From Selaginella moellendorffii (lineage: Eukaryota; Plantae; Lycopodiophyta), in NCBI RefSeq assembly GCF_000143415.4, contig NW_003314272.1, positions 1,496,374 to 1,560,373 of the forward strand: DNA of 64,000 bases, in the 5' to 3' direction. The position numbers were made by a program, and so were the translations under genes. Shown piece by piece: positions 25,786 to 39,200 of this stretch. The notes below the pieces were generated by a model. It was not told the origin of the DNA and ran no database searches. It saw only the letters and a list, made by a program, of their open reading frames with translations. Each line of letters opens with the position of its first letter. The first letter of the stretch is position 1.

Positions 25786-27936
25786 ATGGCAAGGGCAGGA
25801 CGTAAGCGAACCCAGGCGGAAACAGAACCTCCTCCAGAGCTGGAGCCTCCGGTCGAACAGGAGGCTATGGATGAGGAATCCTTGCATGAGGAGGACTCTA
25901 GTGAGGCAACTTCCAAACAGGAGTCGAGGTTCGGTCATCCAAGGCTCGATTGGACGTTCTAGAAGGACAATTGGCACAGACCAATGCCCTGCTGGAGACT
26001 CTCGTACGCAAGCTAAAGCATGATGAGAAGCGGAAGAAAAAGCGAAAGACTGCGGATGCTAGCAGCGCAGAAGGTGCGGACCCTTCGGCAGAGACTAAGG
26101 CAAAACCAAACAAGGTTAAACAGACCGAAGTGGAATCAGTCCCTCAGGCAGTTCCCAAGTACAAACCAAAGCCCCCACCGGTCTTCAAGGGAGTGAATGA
26201 CTATAAGGTGGTGGAGGATTAGTTTTATGATATGGAGGACTACTTCTGAGCGTTGTAATTACCGAGCTCGGAGAAGGTCCCATGTGCAAAACCATACTTG
26301 GCAGATAATGCCAAGTCTTGGTGGAGAACGACAGAGGCCAACGAAGGACCGGTGGCCACTTGGGAAATGATGAAGGCAAGGATCCGTGCAACTTACGTTC
26401 CTCCGAATGCTACTTTGCATCTAAGGGACGAGCTGAGTAGGCTGAAGTAGACCGGAACCATTCAGGAGTATGTGAATGGGTTTATGGCAAAGAGGATACT
26501 TGTCACGGACATGGGGGATATGGATGCGTTCCATGCCTTCATATCAGGTTTGCAAACTTGGTCTCGCGGTGAAGTGATGCGGTGGAACCCGAACAACTAC
26601 AAGGAAGCGTTGGATGCGGCCATCAAGGTGCATTTCAACGATAACCTGCGAAAGGGGAACACGACGGGGTCGAGATCCACGTTTAGCAAAGGGGCCAAAC
26701 CAAGGGGAACGTTTAGCAGAGGGAAATTCAAGAAGAGTTTCTCTAAGAATGAGTCCTCGGGGTTTCGGAAAGGCAAATCCGGTGGCCAGCGAGCGAGTAC
26801 GTGGGGGAGTCAAGCGAAAAGAGACAAACCCATGGATAAGAAGGTCAAGTCGTATAGCAGCGTGGGAAACAACGTATGCTACAACTGCGGCGAAGCGGGA
26901 CACTTTTCGAGGGAATGTCCCTACCCGAAGAAGGCCAGAGCCAATATCGCCATCAAGTCGGGTGAAGTCCAAATTGAGGTATGTGATCTAGTCCCTAACT
27001 CAAAGTTACTCATTACACGAGCAACTTTGGTAGAGAGTCGTTCGCGACATCTACTAGCCCTCCGAGGGAAGCTCGGAGGTAGCTTTGTTAAGATCCTTAT
27101 TGACATGGGTGCTTCGGATAATTTTGTGGCTGCAGACATAGTGTGGCAAGTCGGACTAACAGTGCAGTGGCTAGGCGAACCAAGGACTATAGAGTTTGTT
27201 CAAGGTAGCCAAAGCACCGATGAGGTACTTCGACAAGCGAGAGTCGAAGTGGGGTCTTGGAAGGTGGATATGGATTTCACCGTAGTGGACATGGTGGGAT
27301 TTGACGTGATCTTCGGAATGGATTGGTTCAATCGGTTCATGGTAGCCTTGCATGGACAAAGTAGGAACCTTGTGGTACTGGCGAATGCCCAAGGAAGAAG
27401 GTCTAGGGTGGAGGCCCAAGATCTAAAGGTAGGGCAAAGCAAGGCCAAAGATTCCTGCTTAAACCTGGTGTCCACGAGAGGACAACTCACTAAAGGAATT
27501 AAGGCAGCCTTTTTGTGCTTACTCTCGGTGAAGAGTGACAAAAAGACAGGAACGGAAGAAGTACCTTTAGTAATCCAGCAGGTGTTGGACCAATTCTAGA
27601 ATACCATGCCGGAGGAGCTACCGGCGGGGCTGCCCCCAGCACGACCGATAGAATATAAGATTGAGCTGGTCGAGGGTGCTGAGGCGGTGGTTCGTCCCCC
27701 GTATCGTTTAAACGAAAAAGAACTCAAGGAGCTCAAGTGCCAACTAGAGGAGTTGGTGGACAAAGGGTATGTTAGGTTGAGCAAGTCGCCGTATGGGGCG
27801 CCGGTGTTATTTGTGAAAAAGAAAGATGGATCTATACACATGTGCATAGACTACTGGTTGCTCAACAAGTATACAAAGAAGAACAAATACCCTTTGCCAA
27901 GGATTGAGGACCTGTTCAATATGTTGGGAAATATGT
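25786..27936 (+). pseudogene. Element C gag, protease and N-terminus of RT
   Basis: CYNCGEAGHFSREC knuckle; LIDMGASDNF; DVIFGMDWF; [16 protein letters not shown]; [10 protein letters not shown]; several stops; truncated at the D array. Confidence 0.92.
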
Positions 27937-28658
27937 CAGCAGTTTTGGACTTGGTTAATCCACAGACCCGTAAGGTCTTATTTGTGAGGCACTAGCTCAC
28001 TGGAATACACTTCTTGCATTCCTGTCCTACTCAAAAGGACTATTTTCACAAGTGTTACTCCGGCACTTGATTTTGTTCTCTAGGGGCAACCTTTGCCCCT
28101 TAGGACTACTTGTCCATGTGATGAGAACACCAACTCATCCACTTAATACACCCCCAACTCCTGGGGTTGTTCCAGCATTTATTAGAGGTAGCCCCGGCTA
28201 CCTTTTCAAGGACTTGAGTCCTCTTCCGTATTTGACCTCCCACGGTCATTACTTCTGGTCTCACATTCATGAGCACCAACCTCAACTATATGAGGAAAAT
28301 CTTGTGACTCCTTTATTGCTTTGGAGTCTTTATCTTTCCCGTGATCCCAACTGTAGTTGTTTACCACAACTACATTAGCCAGTTTGCTAAGTCAAATGCT
28401 CATCTGGATCACATCCTCAACTCTTTGAGGAAAACCATATATTGTTCCCAAGATCCCAAAGTCGTTCCATTATTGGCCCTTTTCTATCCACCACATTGTG
28501 CCCAAGTTCACGCATGAACTCGAGTGGAGAGCCATGTCCTCTCGACATGCTACTCCTCAAGGATAGGCCCACTCCTAGGACCATCCGATGCCAACATCAA
28601 TGGTGATATACTTGAGCACCAATAAAAGTCAGACTAAGGAACAGCTCCGATACCAAGT

Positions 28659-30481
28659 TGTAGGCGACTAATTTTTCCATTCTACTTTAGTCACTTAACC
28701 ACACCTCCGACCACTTGGAGGAGTCTCATTCACAACCTCCATCAGTCCAATTCAGGACTTGGGACTTGCTAGCCCCAAGAATGGCATCCATGCCACTCAA
28801 CACTTGCACCTGGTCCAGGTGCTCCACGTGTCCGGTCCCAAGACCGACACCCAAAGGTGCCACTGACATCTCGGCCCGTTACGCTAAGGCCATGCCCATT
28901 CACCTTTGCTGCACTAGTGGTCCAATACCACTTGCATCACCATCCCGTCTCTCCAAGACTAGGCCATCTGTCCACGAGTGGTCATCCTAGATCCACACCT
29001 TAGCATCCTTAGGATGCCCACAGACCTGGGGAATCGCCTTCCCCAAAGTCCCTTTGTCAGTTCCTACCAAGTCCCTTTCTGCCCCTGGCCGTGTTTGCCA
29101 ACACTGCCACTGGATCGAGGCCCACAGGCCCGACCACTAAGTCCCACGGTCCTCTGGGACTTCCTCACCACATGACTGTGTCCTTGGTCACCACCCCAGA
29201 GGACTGCTCCTCTTCCTTTCCACAGTCTGGGCCTTTGGGACAACATTTCGGAACACCGTGGCCTTACGCGAGCCACCTGGGTACTCTCCCCACCTATCGC
29301 CTTTAGGTGCTCTAGCCATGGGCTTAGAGCGAGGTTCCGTTGAGCCACACCTGGTATCCAAATAGGTAGTGCCACCCACACTTGGACTGGGAGCATCGGC
29401 CAGTCGATCCCCCGGGGGAACTAGAGCCGGCTCTTGAACACTTCACCAAGCTACCCCGCTTGTCGGTCCATGTTCACCCTAGTCTTGGACTTCCCAGTGG
29501 TCAGCTCATCACCCAACACTGGGTCCGGCCTTCCTGGGCCAAACTGGCCTTTCCTGGCCAAACTGGCTCCACTGCAGTCCTCCCCCTACTATACTTTTGG
29601 AGCTCACCAAACCCCCCAGGGTCTGGGAGACGAACGCTTTGGGCTTTCACCCTCTCAGGCTCCGGACTCGGACTCGGACTCGGACTCGGACTCGGACTCG
29701 GATTCGGACTTGGACTCGGGCTCGGGCTCGGTCTCGGCCTCGGCCTCGGTCTCGGTCTCGGTCCCGATCTCGGTCTCGGTCTCAGTCTCGGTCCCGGTCT
29801 CGGTCTCGACTTCGGACTCCATCTCGGACTCCATCTCGGACTCCATCTCGGGTCCATCTCGGGTCCATCTCGGACTCCATCTCGGACTCCATCTTGGGTC
29901 CATCTCGGACTCCATCTCGGACTCCATCTTGGGTCCATCTCGGACTCCATCTCAGACTCCATCTCGGACTCCATCTCGGGTCCATCTCGGACTCCACTTC
30001 GGACTCCAACTCGGGTCCATCTCGGATCCACCTCGGACTCCACTTCGGACTCCACTTCGGACTCCATCTCGGACTCCATTTCGGACTCCAACTCGGGTCC
30101 ATCTCGGATCCACCTCGGACTCCACTTCGGACTCCATCTCGGACTCCATTTCGGACTCCAACTCGGGTCCATCTCGGATCCACCTCGGACTCCACTTCGG
30201 ACTCCATCTCGGACTCCATTTCGGACTCCAACTCGGGTCCATCTCGGACACTCCCACGTGTCATGTGTTGGTCCTTTTGGGTCCCTTTTTGGAGCCTCGC
30301 CTTTTGTTCGCTTCGTGCTCGTTCCTCGAGCACTTCGTTGGGAGTTCCACTCCCGCTCTTGACTTTTCAAGTCGGAGCTTTTGGTCCAAACGTGTTACGC
30401 TCGTTTGGCTCTCGCTTCAGCCACTACCACGTGGCACCCTTTCCGGCTCCACTTTGGGGCCTAGGGATTTTGTGTCTCACA
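28659..30481 (-). repeat. D LTR copy 1 (1823 bp) with TCGGAC / CCATCTCGGACT minisatellite
   Basis: TG...CA ends on the minus strand; repeat tract at about 29660-30250. Confidence 0.9.
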
Positions 30482-33400
30482 ACTCCACCACCCATAGACG
30501 AAGTTCGATGTCCTCATCGAACGGTAAACCATTTTGTAAAGTAACACTCGCATGTGTTACCATTTCCATCCTTGGCACCTAGCCAATATTTGTCAATGGT
30601 TTGACATTGAAGGCTCACCATGCCTTTTGCATATGCCTCAATGGTTTGACACCAAAGGCTCACCATGCCTTGCCTATCCTCTAAGGAGGGTAGTCTCTCC
30701 AACTTAGAGACTGATTGGACCACATATAGTGGTTCTCTCCTTTTATTGGTTTAGTTCTCACTAAACCTTTTAGAGACCCTTCGCTAAGTCAATCCTACTA
30801 CTCCTTCTTGAGTAGTCTCAATTTCCATCTATTGAATGTTTGCACCTTGGAACTTTTACTCTTTTGACTTTTTGGAAGTCAATTTCCTAGGTGTCTCCAA
30901 CACCTTGCATTGCACAGATTGTACAACTCCACTTCCCTATCCTAGGAAGTTCATTACTTGAGGGCACCATCATCCTCTCTTCTATTTCATGCCACCTTGG
31001 GCACTAAGTTCCATTTATCACACTTTGTGCTAGGCTTGTCCACCGCCCTATCATTTGGCTACCTTACCGCTCCCTCCCTTGGAGCTTCCACTTTCGCCAA
31101 ATCGGAGCAATTCGGAATCCATCCTTGGAAACACACTTCCTTTCCCGCAATTTGTTAGCGTCCAACACATTAGTGTTCCTCGCCTAACTTTGTCACTTGG
31201 ATTCCTTCCCAGGGATTCCACGGCCCTATCTTGGCCACTCATCTTTTGCTCCTATCCGTTGATTGTTGCACCAAGCAACATCGAATCTCTACCTCCCTCC
31301 TTGAGGTATTCTTTTCATTCCATAGCAAAGGCTTTGCTTTGCCAAGACTAGGGTGTTCACCCATAGTAAGTCTCTTTTAGCATCTTCTGCTGTGGGCTCT
31401 ATCCTCGGCCCAACTTTGTGACCCTCTCATGGGTCTCTTTAGAGACTACTTTCCTTAGACACACTATGCCATCGCAATGACATAGCTCATTTCCCTAAGA
31501 TGCTTTTCCCACTTGGTCACCTTGACCAAGCCACACCATCATCAATAGTTCAAATCAACACTTTGAACTAGGAACCTTATTCCTTAACCCAAACAAGGAC
31601 CTTGTCCTTATTTAGCCACAAGATCACCTAGTGATCTCACCTCGGCACCTTAACAGGTTTGCCAATAGGTACTAGGTCTTCCAGACCTTTAACTTGTTAA
31701 CTATGACCCCGGGGGCATCCCCCACACTTGGCGGTGCGCCCAAGCCAGCCCTTCCGGCCAAGGGTCCATAGCAACTGAGATTAGGTGTCCCCATCTCACT
31801 CACCACGTCTTTGGTGCCACTTGCACCAAAGCGTTCAAGTTAGATATGCCGAGCTTTCACACTAAGCAATCTAACCGTGCATCACGACTCCGAGGCATCC
31901 CTCGCTTGGCGGTGTGCCCAAACCAGTCTCCCCACTAAGAGTCCATGACCACCGAAATATGAGTGTCCTCATATTCCAAACCATCACCACGCCCTAGTGA
32001 TTTGGGACTCGAACCCAAGCACTAGAGGGTCGGGACTCGAACCCAACCTCCGTATATGCATCTACGGACGGCATCACACAAGATGCCTGGCGTGACTCCC
32101 CACGCCGGTGCACCAACTTATTTTCAAAGCGCGCTATAGATCACAGCTTAGGAACCTAGTTCCTCCACACTGTCAAGTCCTCTCACTTGACATGTCTGTG
32201 ACCATGTATGGACTCCTCCATGCTCGGCCCCATGGCCCACCCTTTTTGGAGTTATCACCTTCAACTAGGGTATTTGTTCCCCCGATGTGCCAATCTCGCT
32301 TGGCAAGTCCTCCGACCACTGTAACATGGTTCCTGCATAAGCGTGAAAGTCCTTGACCATCGACTTTCGTTCAAAGCCCTCTCTTTGAACACTTGGGAAC
32401 TACTTCCCTAACCTTGATAGCCTTGCCTCATGGCAAGCTTCAAGACCATGCTTCTGCTGCGCCACTCTGATTTCGCGCATTCCATGAACCATTTACACTT
32501 GGCCTTTCTAGGTATTAAGCTACCTAGAATCGTCTTTGGGAACCTTGAAGGAACTCTGTCCCTCAGCTTGCTAAGGCCTCCCTTTTTGCAAGCCTTCCAA
32601 ATGCCACATAGTCTAACATAGACAATTCCATAGTTTAGACTCTCCATGGCATCACGGTTGCTAGCGGTAACACCCTCGAGCCCCCACTTGATTCTCCACT
32701 CCCAGCTGGCATAACCAACCTTGGTTATGCCCTTTGATTCCTACGGTTCGGTTCTATCCCTTTACTTCTGGCTTTTTGGCTTCACACTTTTCCTTTGGTC
32801 ATTCTCCTCCAGACCAGGAGGATAGCTTTGCACTTTCTATCATGCTTTAGCAAGTATTCTTAGGGATGAACCTACCCAATAGCCTAGGGAGTGGTTCCTC
32901 AATCCGGGTATGCTCACCTTATAATCCCACACACTGGGATTACATTGTTGCTTATGGGCCTTTACATGCCCATCACTAGCCTTGCCAAAATTCCATTTTT
33001 GGCTTTGTCCAACTCGGGTAGACAGTCCTCTCCTGTCTCCGCAACCTTGGACATTTGGATAGCACCTTCTATCCATCATTCGCTAGGGACTTAGTCCCTT
33101 GGGCTTTATCCATTACCCTCGCGACATCAAACACCACCTTCTGGTGTTCTAGAGTGTTCGGGTGTCCCAATGATGGCTTTCTTGACAATGAGTATTTCCT
33201 TTTATGACATTAACTTACTATATCGCAACACAAGCAACTTATCCCCCGTAAGGGTATATCCAACTTCCCTATGCTATTAAGAAGTCTTGGGTAGCTACCT
33301 TCTACCCGTTTAACCAGTTATTTTGCACCTCTTGCTTAGTTGCCTCATAGTTGTCAAGTCCTACAACTCATTGCTTGGTGCTTTCACACCGCCATCATTA

Positions 33401-34593
33401 TCTGGGTCACCACACTCCAACTGCATGCTCTGCAGCTTAGGCTATGTTATTCCCATTTCCATTGGGATTCCTTTGGCAAGGGGTTCTCATGAACCCACCA
33501 ACATAGCCTCAAGGTATCACACCTTGGCACATTTGGTGTCCCCACACCATCGGCTCCACGAGCCTACCTCTATGACATTTCCCCTTCGTGTCTAAGTCTT
33601 TGCCAAGACCAACACCGCTCTTTCTCATGCCAACCATCCGTTAGCACTGCACCATAGAGGTCACACACAACTTTATGTCAAAGTTGTTTTCTTCTAGGAA
33701 CACCTTTTCCCATAACTTTAGCATGGCATATTTTGCCATCGATGAGATACCCTCTGTTCTCATCCTTGGATCCTATGATCCCCCCCCATCCTTTGTGGGG
33801 TACAACACACCTCAGTCCAAATGCTTCCATCAGTCCTTTTAGGACCATCTGTTGACTCTACTTGAGTCATCCAGCAGTTTTGGACTTGGTTAATCCACAG
33901 ACCCGTAAGGTCTTATTTGTGAGGCACTAGCTCACTGGAATACACTTCTTGCATTCCTGTCCTACTCAAAAGGACTATTTTCACAAGTGTTACTCCGGCA
34001 CTTGATTTTGTTCTCTAGGGGCAACCTTTGCCCCTTAGGACTACTTGTCCATGTGATGAGAACACCAACTCATCCACTTAATACACCCCCAACTCCTGGG
34101 GTTGTTCCAGCATTTATTAGAGGTAGCCCCGGCTACCTTTTCAAGGACTTGAGTCCTCTTCCGTATTTGACCTCCCACGGTCATTACTTCTGGTCTCACA
34201 TTCATGAGCACCAACCTCAACTATATGAGGAAAATCTTGTGACTCCTTTATTGCTTTGGAGTCTTTATCTTTCCCGTGATCCCAACTGTAGTTGTTTACC
34301 ACAACTACATTAGCCAGTTTGCTAAGTCAAATGCTCATCTGGATCACATCCTCAACTCTTTGAGGAAAACCATATACTGTTCCCAAGATCCCAAAGTCGT
34401 TCCATTATTGGCCCTTTTCTATCCACCACATTGTGCCCAAGTTCACGCATGAACTCGAGTGGAGAGCCATGTCCTCTCGACATGCTACTCCTCAAGGATA
34501 GGCCCACTCCTAGGACCATCCGATGCCAACATCAATGGTGATATACTTGAGCACCAATAAAAGTCAGACTAAGGAACAGCTCCGATACCAAGT

Positions 34594-36293
34594 TGTAGGC
34601 GACTAATTTTTCCATTCTACTTTAGTCACTTAACCACACCTCCGACCACTTGGAGGAGTCTCATTCACAACCTCCATCAGTCCAATTCAGGACTTGGGAC
34701 TTGCTAGCCCCAAGAATGGCATCCATGCCACTCAACACTTGCACCTGGTCCAGGTGCTCCACGTGTCCGGTCCCAAGACCGACACCCAAAGGTGCCACTG
34801 ACATCTCGGCCCGTTACGCTAAGGCCATGCCCATTCACCTTTGCTGCACTAGTGGTCCAATACCACTTGCATCACCATCCCGTCTCTCCAAGACTAGGCC
34901 ATCTGTCCACGAGTGGTCATCCTAGATCCACACCTTAGCATCCTTAGGATGCCCACAGACCTGGGGAATCGCCTTCCCCAAAGTCCCTTTGTCAGTTCCT
35001 ACCAAGTCCCTTTGTCAGTTCCTACCAAGTCCCTTTCTGCCCCTGGCCGTGTTTGCCAACACTGCCACTGGATCGAGGCCCACAGGCCCGACCACTAAGT
35101 CCCACGGTCCTCTGGGACTTCCTCACCACATGACTGTGTCCTTGGTCACCACCCCAGAGGACTGCTCCTCTTCCTTTCCACAGTCTGGGCCTTTGGGACA
35201 ACATTTCGGAACACCGTGGCCTTACGCGAGCCACCTGGGTACTCTCCCCACCTATCGCCTTTAGGTGCTCTAGCCATGGGCTTAGAGCGAGGTTCCGTTG
35301 AGCCACGCCTGGTATCCAAATAGGTAGTGCCACCCACACTTGGACTGGGAGCATCGGCCAGTCGATCCCCCGGGGGAACTAGAGCCGGCTCTTGAACACT
35401 TCACCAAGCTACCCCGCTTGTCGGTCCATGTTCACCCTAGTCTTGGACTTCCCAGTGGTCAGCTCATCACCCAACACTGGGTCCGGCCTTCCTGGGCCAA
35501 ACTGGCCTTTCCTGGCCAAACTGGCTCCACTGCAGTCCTCCCCCTACTATACTTTTGGAGCTCACCAAACCCCCCAGGGTCTGGGAGACGAACGCTTTGG
35601 GCTTTCACCCTCTCAGGCTCCGGACTCGGACTCGGACTCGGACTCGGACTCGGACTCGGATTCGGACTTGGACTCGGGCTCGGGCTCGGTCTCGGCCTCG
35701 GCCTCGGTCTCGGTCTCGGTCCCGATCTCGGTCTCAGTCTCGGTCCCGGTCTCGGTCTCGACTTCGGACTCCATCTCGGACTCCATCTCGGACTCCATCT
35801 CGGGTCCATCTCGGGTCCATCTCGGACTCCATCTCGGACTCCATCTTGGGTCCATCTCGGACTCCATCTCGGACTCCATCTTGGGTCCATCTCGGACTCC
35901 ATCTCAGACTCCATCTCGGACTCCATCTCGGGTCCATCTCGGACTCCACTTCGGACTCCAACTCGGGTCCATCTCGGATCCACCTCGGACTCCACTTCGG
36001 ACTCCACTTCGGACTCCATCTCGGACTCCATTTCGGACTCCAACTCGGGTCCATCTCGGACACTCCCACGTGTCATGTGTTGGTCCTTTTGGGTCCCTTT
36101 TTGGAGCCTCGCCTTTTGTTCGCTTCGTGCTCGTTCCTCGAGCACTTCGTTGGGAGTTCCACTCCCGCTCTTGACTTTTCAAGTCGGAGCTTTTGGTCCA
36201 AACGTGTTACGCTCGTTTGGCTCTCGCTTCAGCCACTACCACGTGGCACCCTTTCCGGCTCCACTTTGGGGCCTAGGGATTTTGTGTCTCACA
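34594..36293 (-). repeat. D LTR copy 2 (1700 bp)
   Basis: Same as copy 1 but with fewer 70-bp units and an extra 23-bp duplication. Confidence 0.9.
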
Positions 36294-39200
36294 ACTCCAC
36301 CACCCATAGACGAAGTTCGATGTCCTCATCGAACGGTAAACCATTTTGTAAAGTAACACTCGCATGTGTTACCATTTCCATCCTTGGCACCTAGCCAATA
36401 TTTGTCAATGGTTTGACATTGAAGGCTCACCATGCCTTTTGCATATGCCTCAATGGTTTGACACCAAAGGCTCACCATGCCTTGCCTATCCTCTAAGGAG
36501 GGTAGTCTCTCCAACTTAGAGATTGATTGGACCACATATAGTGGTTCTCTCCTTTTATTGGTTTAGTTCTCGCTAAACCTTTTAGAGACCCTTCGCTAAG
36601 TCAATCCTACTACTCCTTCTTGAGTAGTCTCAATTTCCATCTATTGAATGTTTGCACCTTGGAACTTTTACTCTTTTGACTTTTTGGAAGTCAATTTCCT
36701 AGGTGTCTCCAACACCTTGCATTGCACAGATTGTACAACTCCACTTCCCTATCCTAGGAAGTTCATTACTTGAGGGCACCATCATCCTCTCTTCTATTTC
36801 ATGCCACCTTGGGCACTAAGTTCCATTTATCACACTTTGTGCTAGGCTTGTCCACCGCCCTATCATTTGGCTACCTTACCGCTCCCTCCCTTGGAGCTTC
36901 CACTTTCGCCAAATCGGAGCAATTCGGAATCCATCCTTGGAAACACACTTCCTTTCCCGCAATTTGTTAGCGTCCAACACATTAGTGTTCCTCGCCTAAC
37001 TTTGTCACTTGGATTCCTTCCCAGGGATTCCACGGCCTTATCTTGGCCACTCATCTTTTGCTCCTATCCGTTGATTGTTGCACCAAGCAACATCGAATCT
37101 CTACCTCCCTCCTTGAGGTATTCTTTTCATTCCATAGCAAAGGCTTTGCTTTGCCAAGACTAGGGTGTTCACCCATAGTAAGTCTCTTTTAGCATCTTCT
37201 GCTGTGGGCTCTATCCTCGGCCCAACTTTGTGACCCTCTCATGGGTCTCTTTAGAGACTACTTTCCTTAGACACACTATGCCATCGCAATGACATAGCTC
37301 ATTTCCCTAAGGTGCTTTTCCCACTTGGTCACCTTGACCAAGCCACACCATCATCAATAGTTCAAATCAACACTTTGAACTAGGAACCTTATTCCTTAAC
37401 CCAAACAAGGACCTTGTCCTTATTTAGCCACAAGATCACCTAGTGATCTCACCTTGGCACCTTAACAGGTTTGCCAATAGGTACTAAGTCTTCCAAACCT
37501 TTAACTTGTTAACTATGACCCCGGGGGCATCCCCCACACTTGGCGGTGCGCCCAAGCCAGCCCTTCCGGCCAAGGGTCCATAGCAACTGAGATTAGGTGT
37601 CCCCATCTCACTCACCACGTCTTTGGTGCCACTTGCACCAAAGCGTTCAAGTTAGATATGCCGAGCTTTCACACTAAGCAATCTAACCGTGCATCACGAC
37701 TCCGAGGCATCCCTCACTTGGCGGTGTGCCCAAACCAGTCTCCCCACTAAGAGTCCATGACCACCGAAATATGAGTGTCCTCATATTCCAAACCATCACC
37801 ACGCCCTAGTGATTTGGGACTCGAACCCAAGCACTAGAGGGTCGGGACTCGAACCCAACCTCCGTATATGCATCTACAGACGGCATCACACAAGATGCCT
37901 GGCGTGACTCCCCACGCCGGTGCACCAACTTATTTTCAAAGCGCGCTATAGATCACAGCTTAGGAACCTAGTTCCTCCACACTGTCAAGTCCTCTCACTT
38001 GACATGTCTGTGACCATGTATGGACTCCTCCATGCTCGGCCCCATGGCCCACCCTTTTTGGAGTTATCACCTTCAACTAGGGTATTTGTTCCCCCGATGT
38101 GCCAATCTCGCTTAGCAAGTCCTCCGACCACTGTAACATGGTTCCTGCATAAGCGTGAAAGTCCTTGACCATCGACTTTCGTTCAAAGCCCTCTCTTTGA
38201 ACACTTGGGAACTACTTCCCTAACCTTGATAGCCTTGCCTCATGGCAAGCTTCAAGACCATGCTTCTGCTGCGCCACTCTGATTTCGCGCATTCCATGAA
38301 CCATTTACACTTGGCCTTTCTAGGTATTAAGCTACCTAGAATCGTCTTTGGGAACCTTAAAGGAACTCTGTCCCTCAGCTTGCTAAGGCCTCCCTTTTTG
38401 CAAGCCTTCCAAATGCCACATAGTCTAACATAGACAATTCCATAGTTTAGACTCTCCATGGCATCACGGTTGCTAGCGGTAACACCCTCGAGCCCCCACT
38501 TGATTCTCCACTCCCAGCTGGCATAACCAACCTTGGTTATGCCCTTTGATTCCTACGGTTCGGTTCTATCCCTTTACTTCTGGCTTTTTGGCTTCACACT
38601 TTTCCTTTGGTCATTCTCCTCCAGACCAGGAGGATAGCTTTGCACTTTCTATCATGCTTTAGCAAGTATTCTTAGGGATGAACCTACCCAATAGCCTAGG
38701 GAGTGGTTCCTCAATCCGGGTATGCTCACCTTATAATCCCACACACTGGGATTACATTGTTGCTTATGGGCCTTTACATGCCCATCACTAGCCTTGCCAA
38801 AATTCCATTTTTGGCTTTGTCCAACTCGGGTAGACAGTCCTCTCCTGTCTCCGCAACCTTGGACATTTGGATAGCACCTTCTATCCATCATTCGCTAGGG
38901 ACTTAGTCCCTTGGGCTTTATCCATTGCCCTCGCGACATCAAACACCACCTTCTGGTGTTCTAGAGTGTTCGGGTGTCCCAATGATGGCTTTCTTGACAA
39001 TGAGTATTTCCTTTTATGACATTAACTTACTATATCGCAACACAAGCAACTTATCCCCCGTAAGGGTATATCCAACTTCCCTATGCTATTAAGAAGTCTT
39101 GGGTAGCTACCTTCTACCCGTTTAACCAGTTATTTTGCACCTCTTGCTTAGTTGCCTCATAGTTGTCAAGTCCTACAACTCATTGCTTGGTGCTTTCACA

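Noticed and set aside
29620-29665. Hammerhead-ribozyme-like string in the D LTR (minus strand CTGAGA-GGGTGAAAGCCC-AAAG..GTC)
   Set aside because: CUGANGA is one base short, the GAAA after stem II reads AAAG/AAAA, stem I does not close, and the B and C versions lack CUGA.
29382-30582. Long ORFs in all six frames (SDSDS, LGLGL, RTRSR; also 35340-36394 and 41152-42415)
   Set aside because: They arise from the stop-free LTR minisatellite, and the frames change between copies with repeat number.
32000-32050. Possible tRNA genes at the GGTTCGAGTCC motifs (also near 37815-37860 and 44280-44330)
   Set aside because: Only T-arm-like hairpins; I could not build a D arm, anticodon arm or acceptor stem. 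Reported instead as part of the RNA module.
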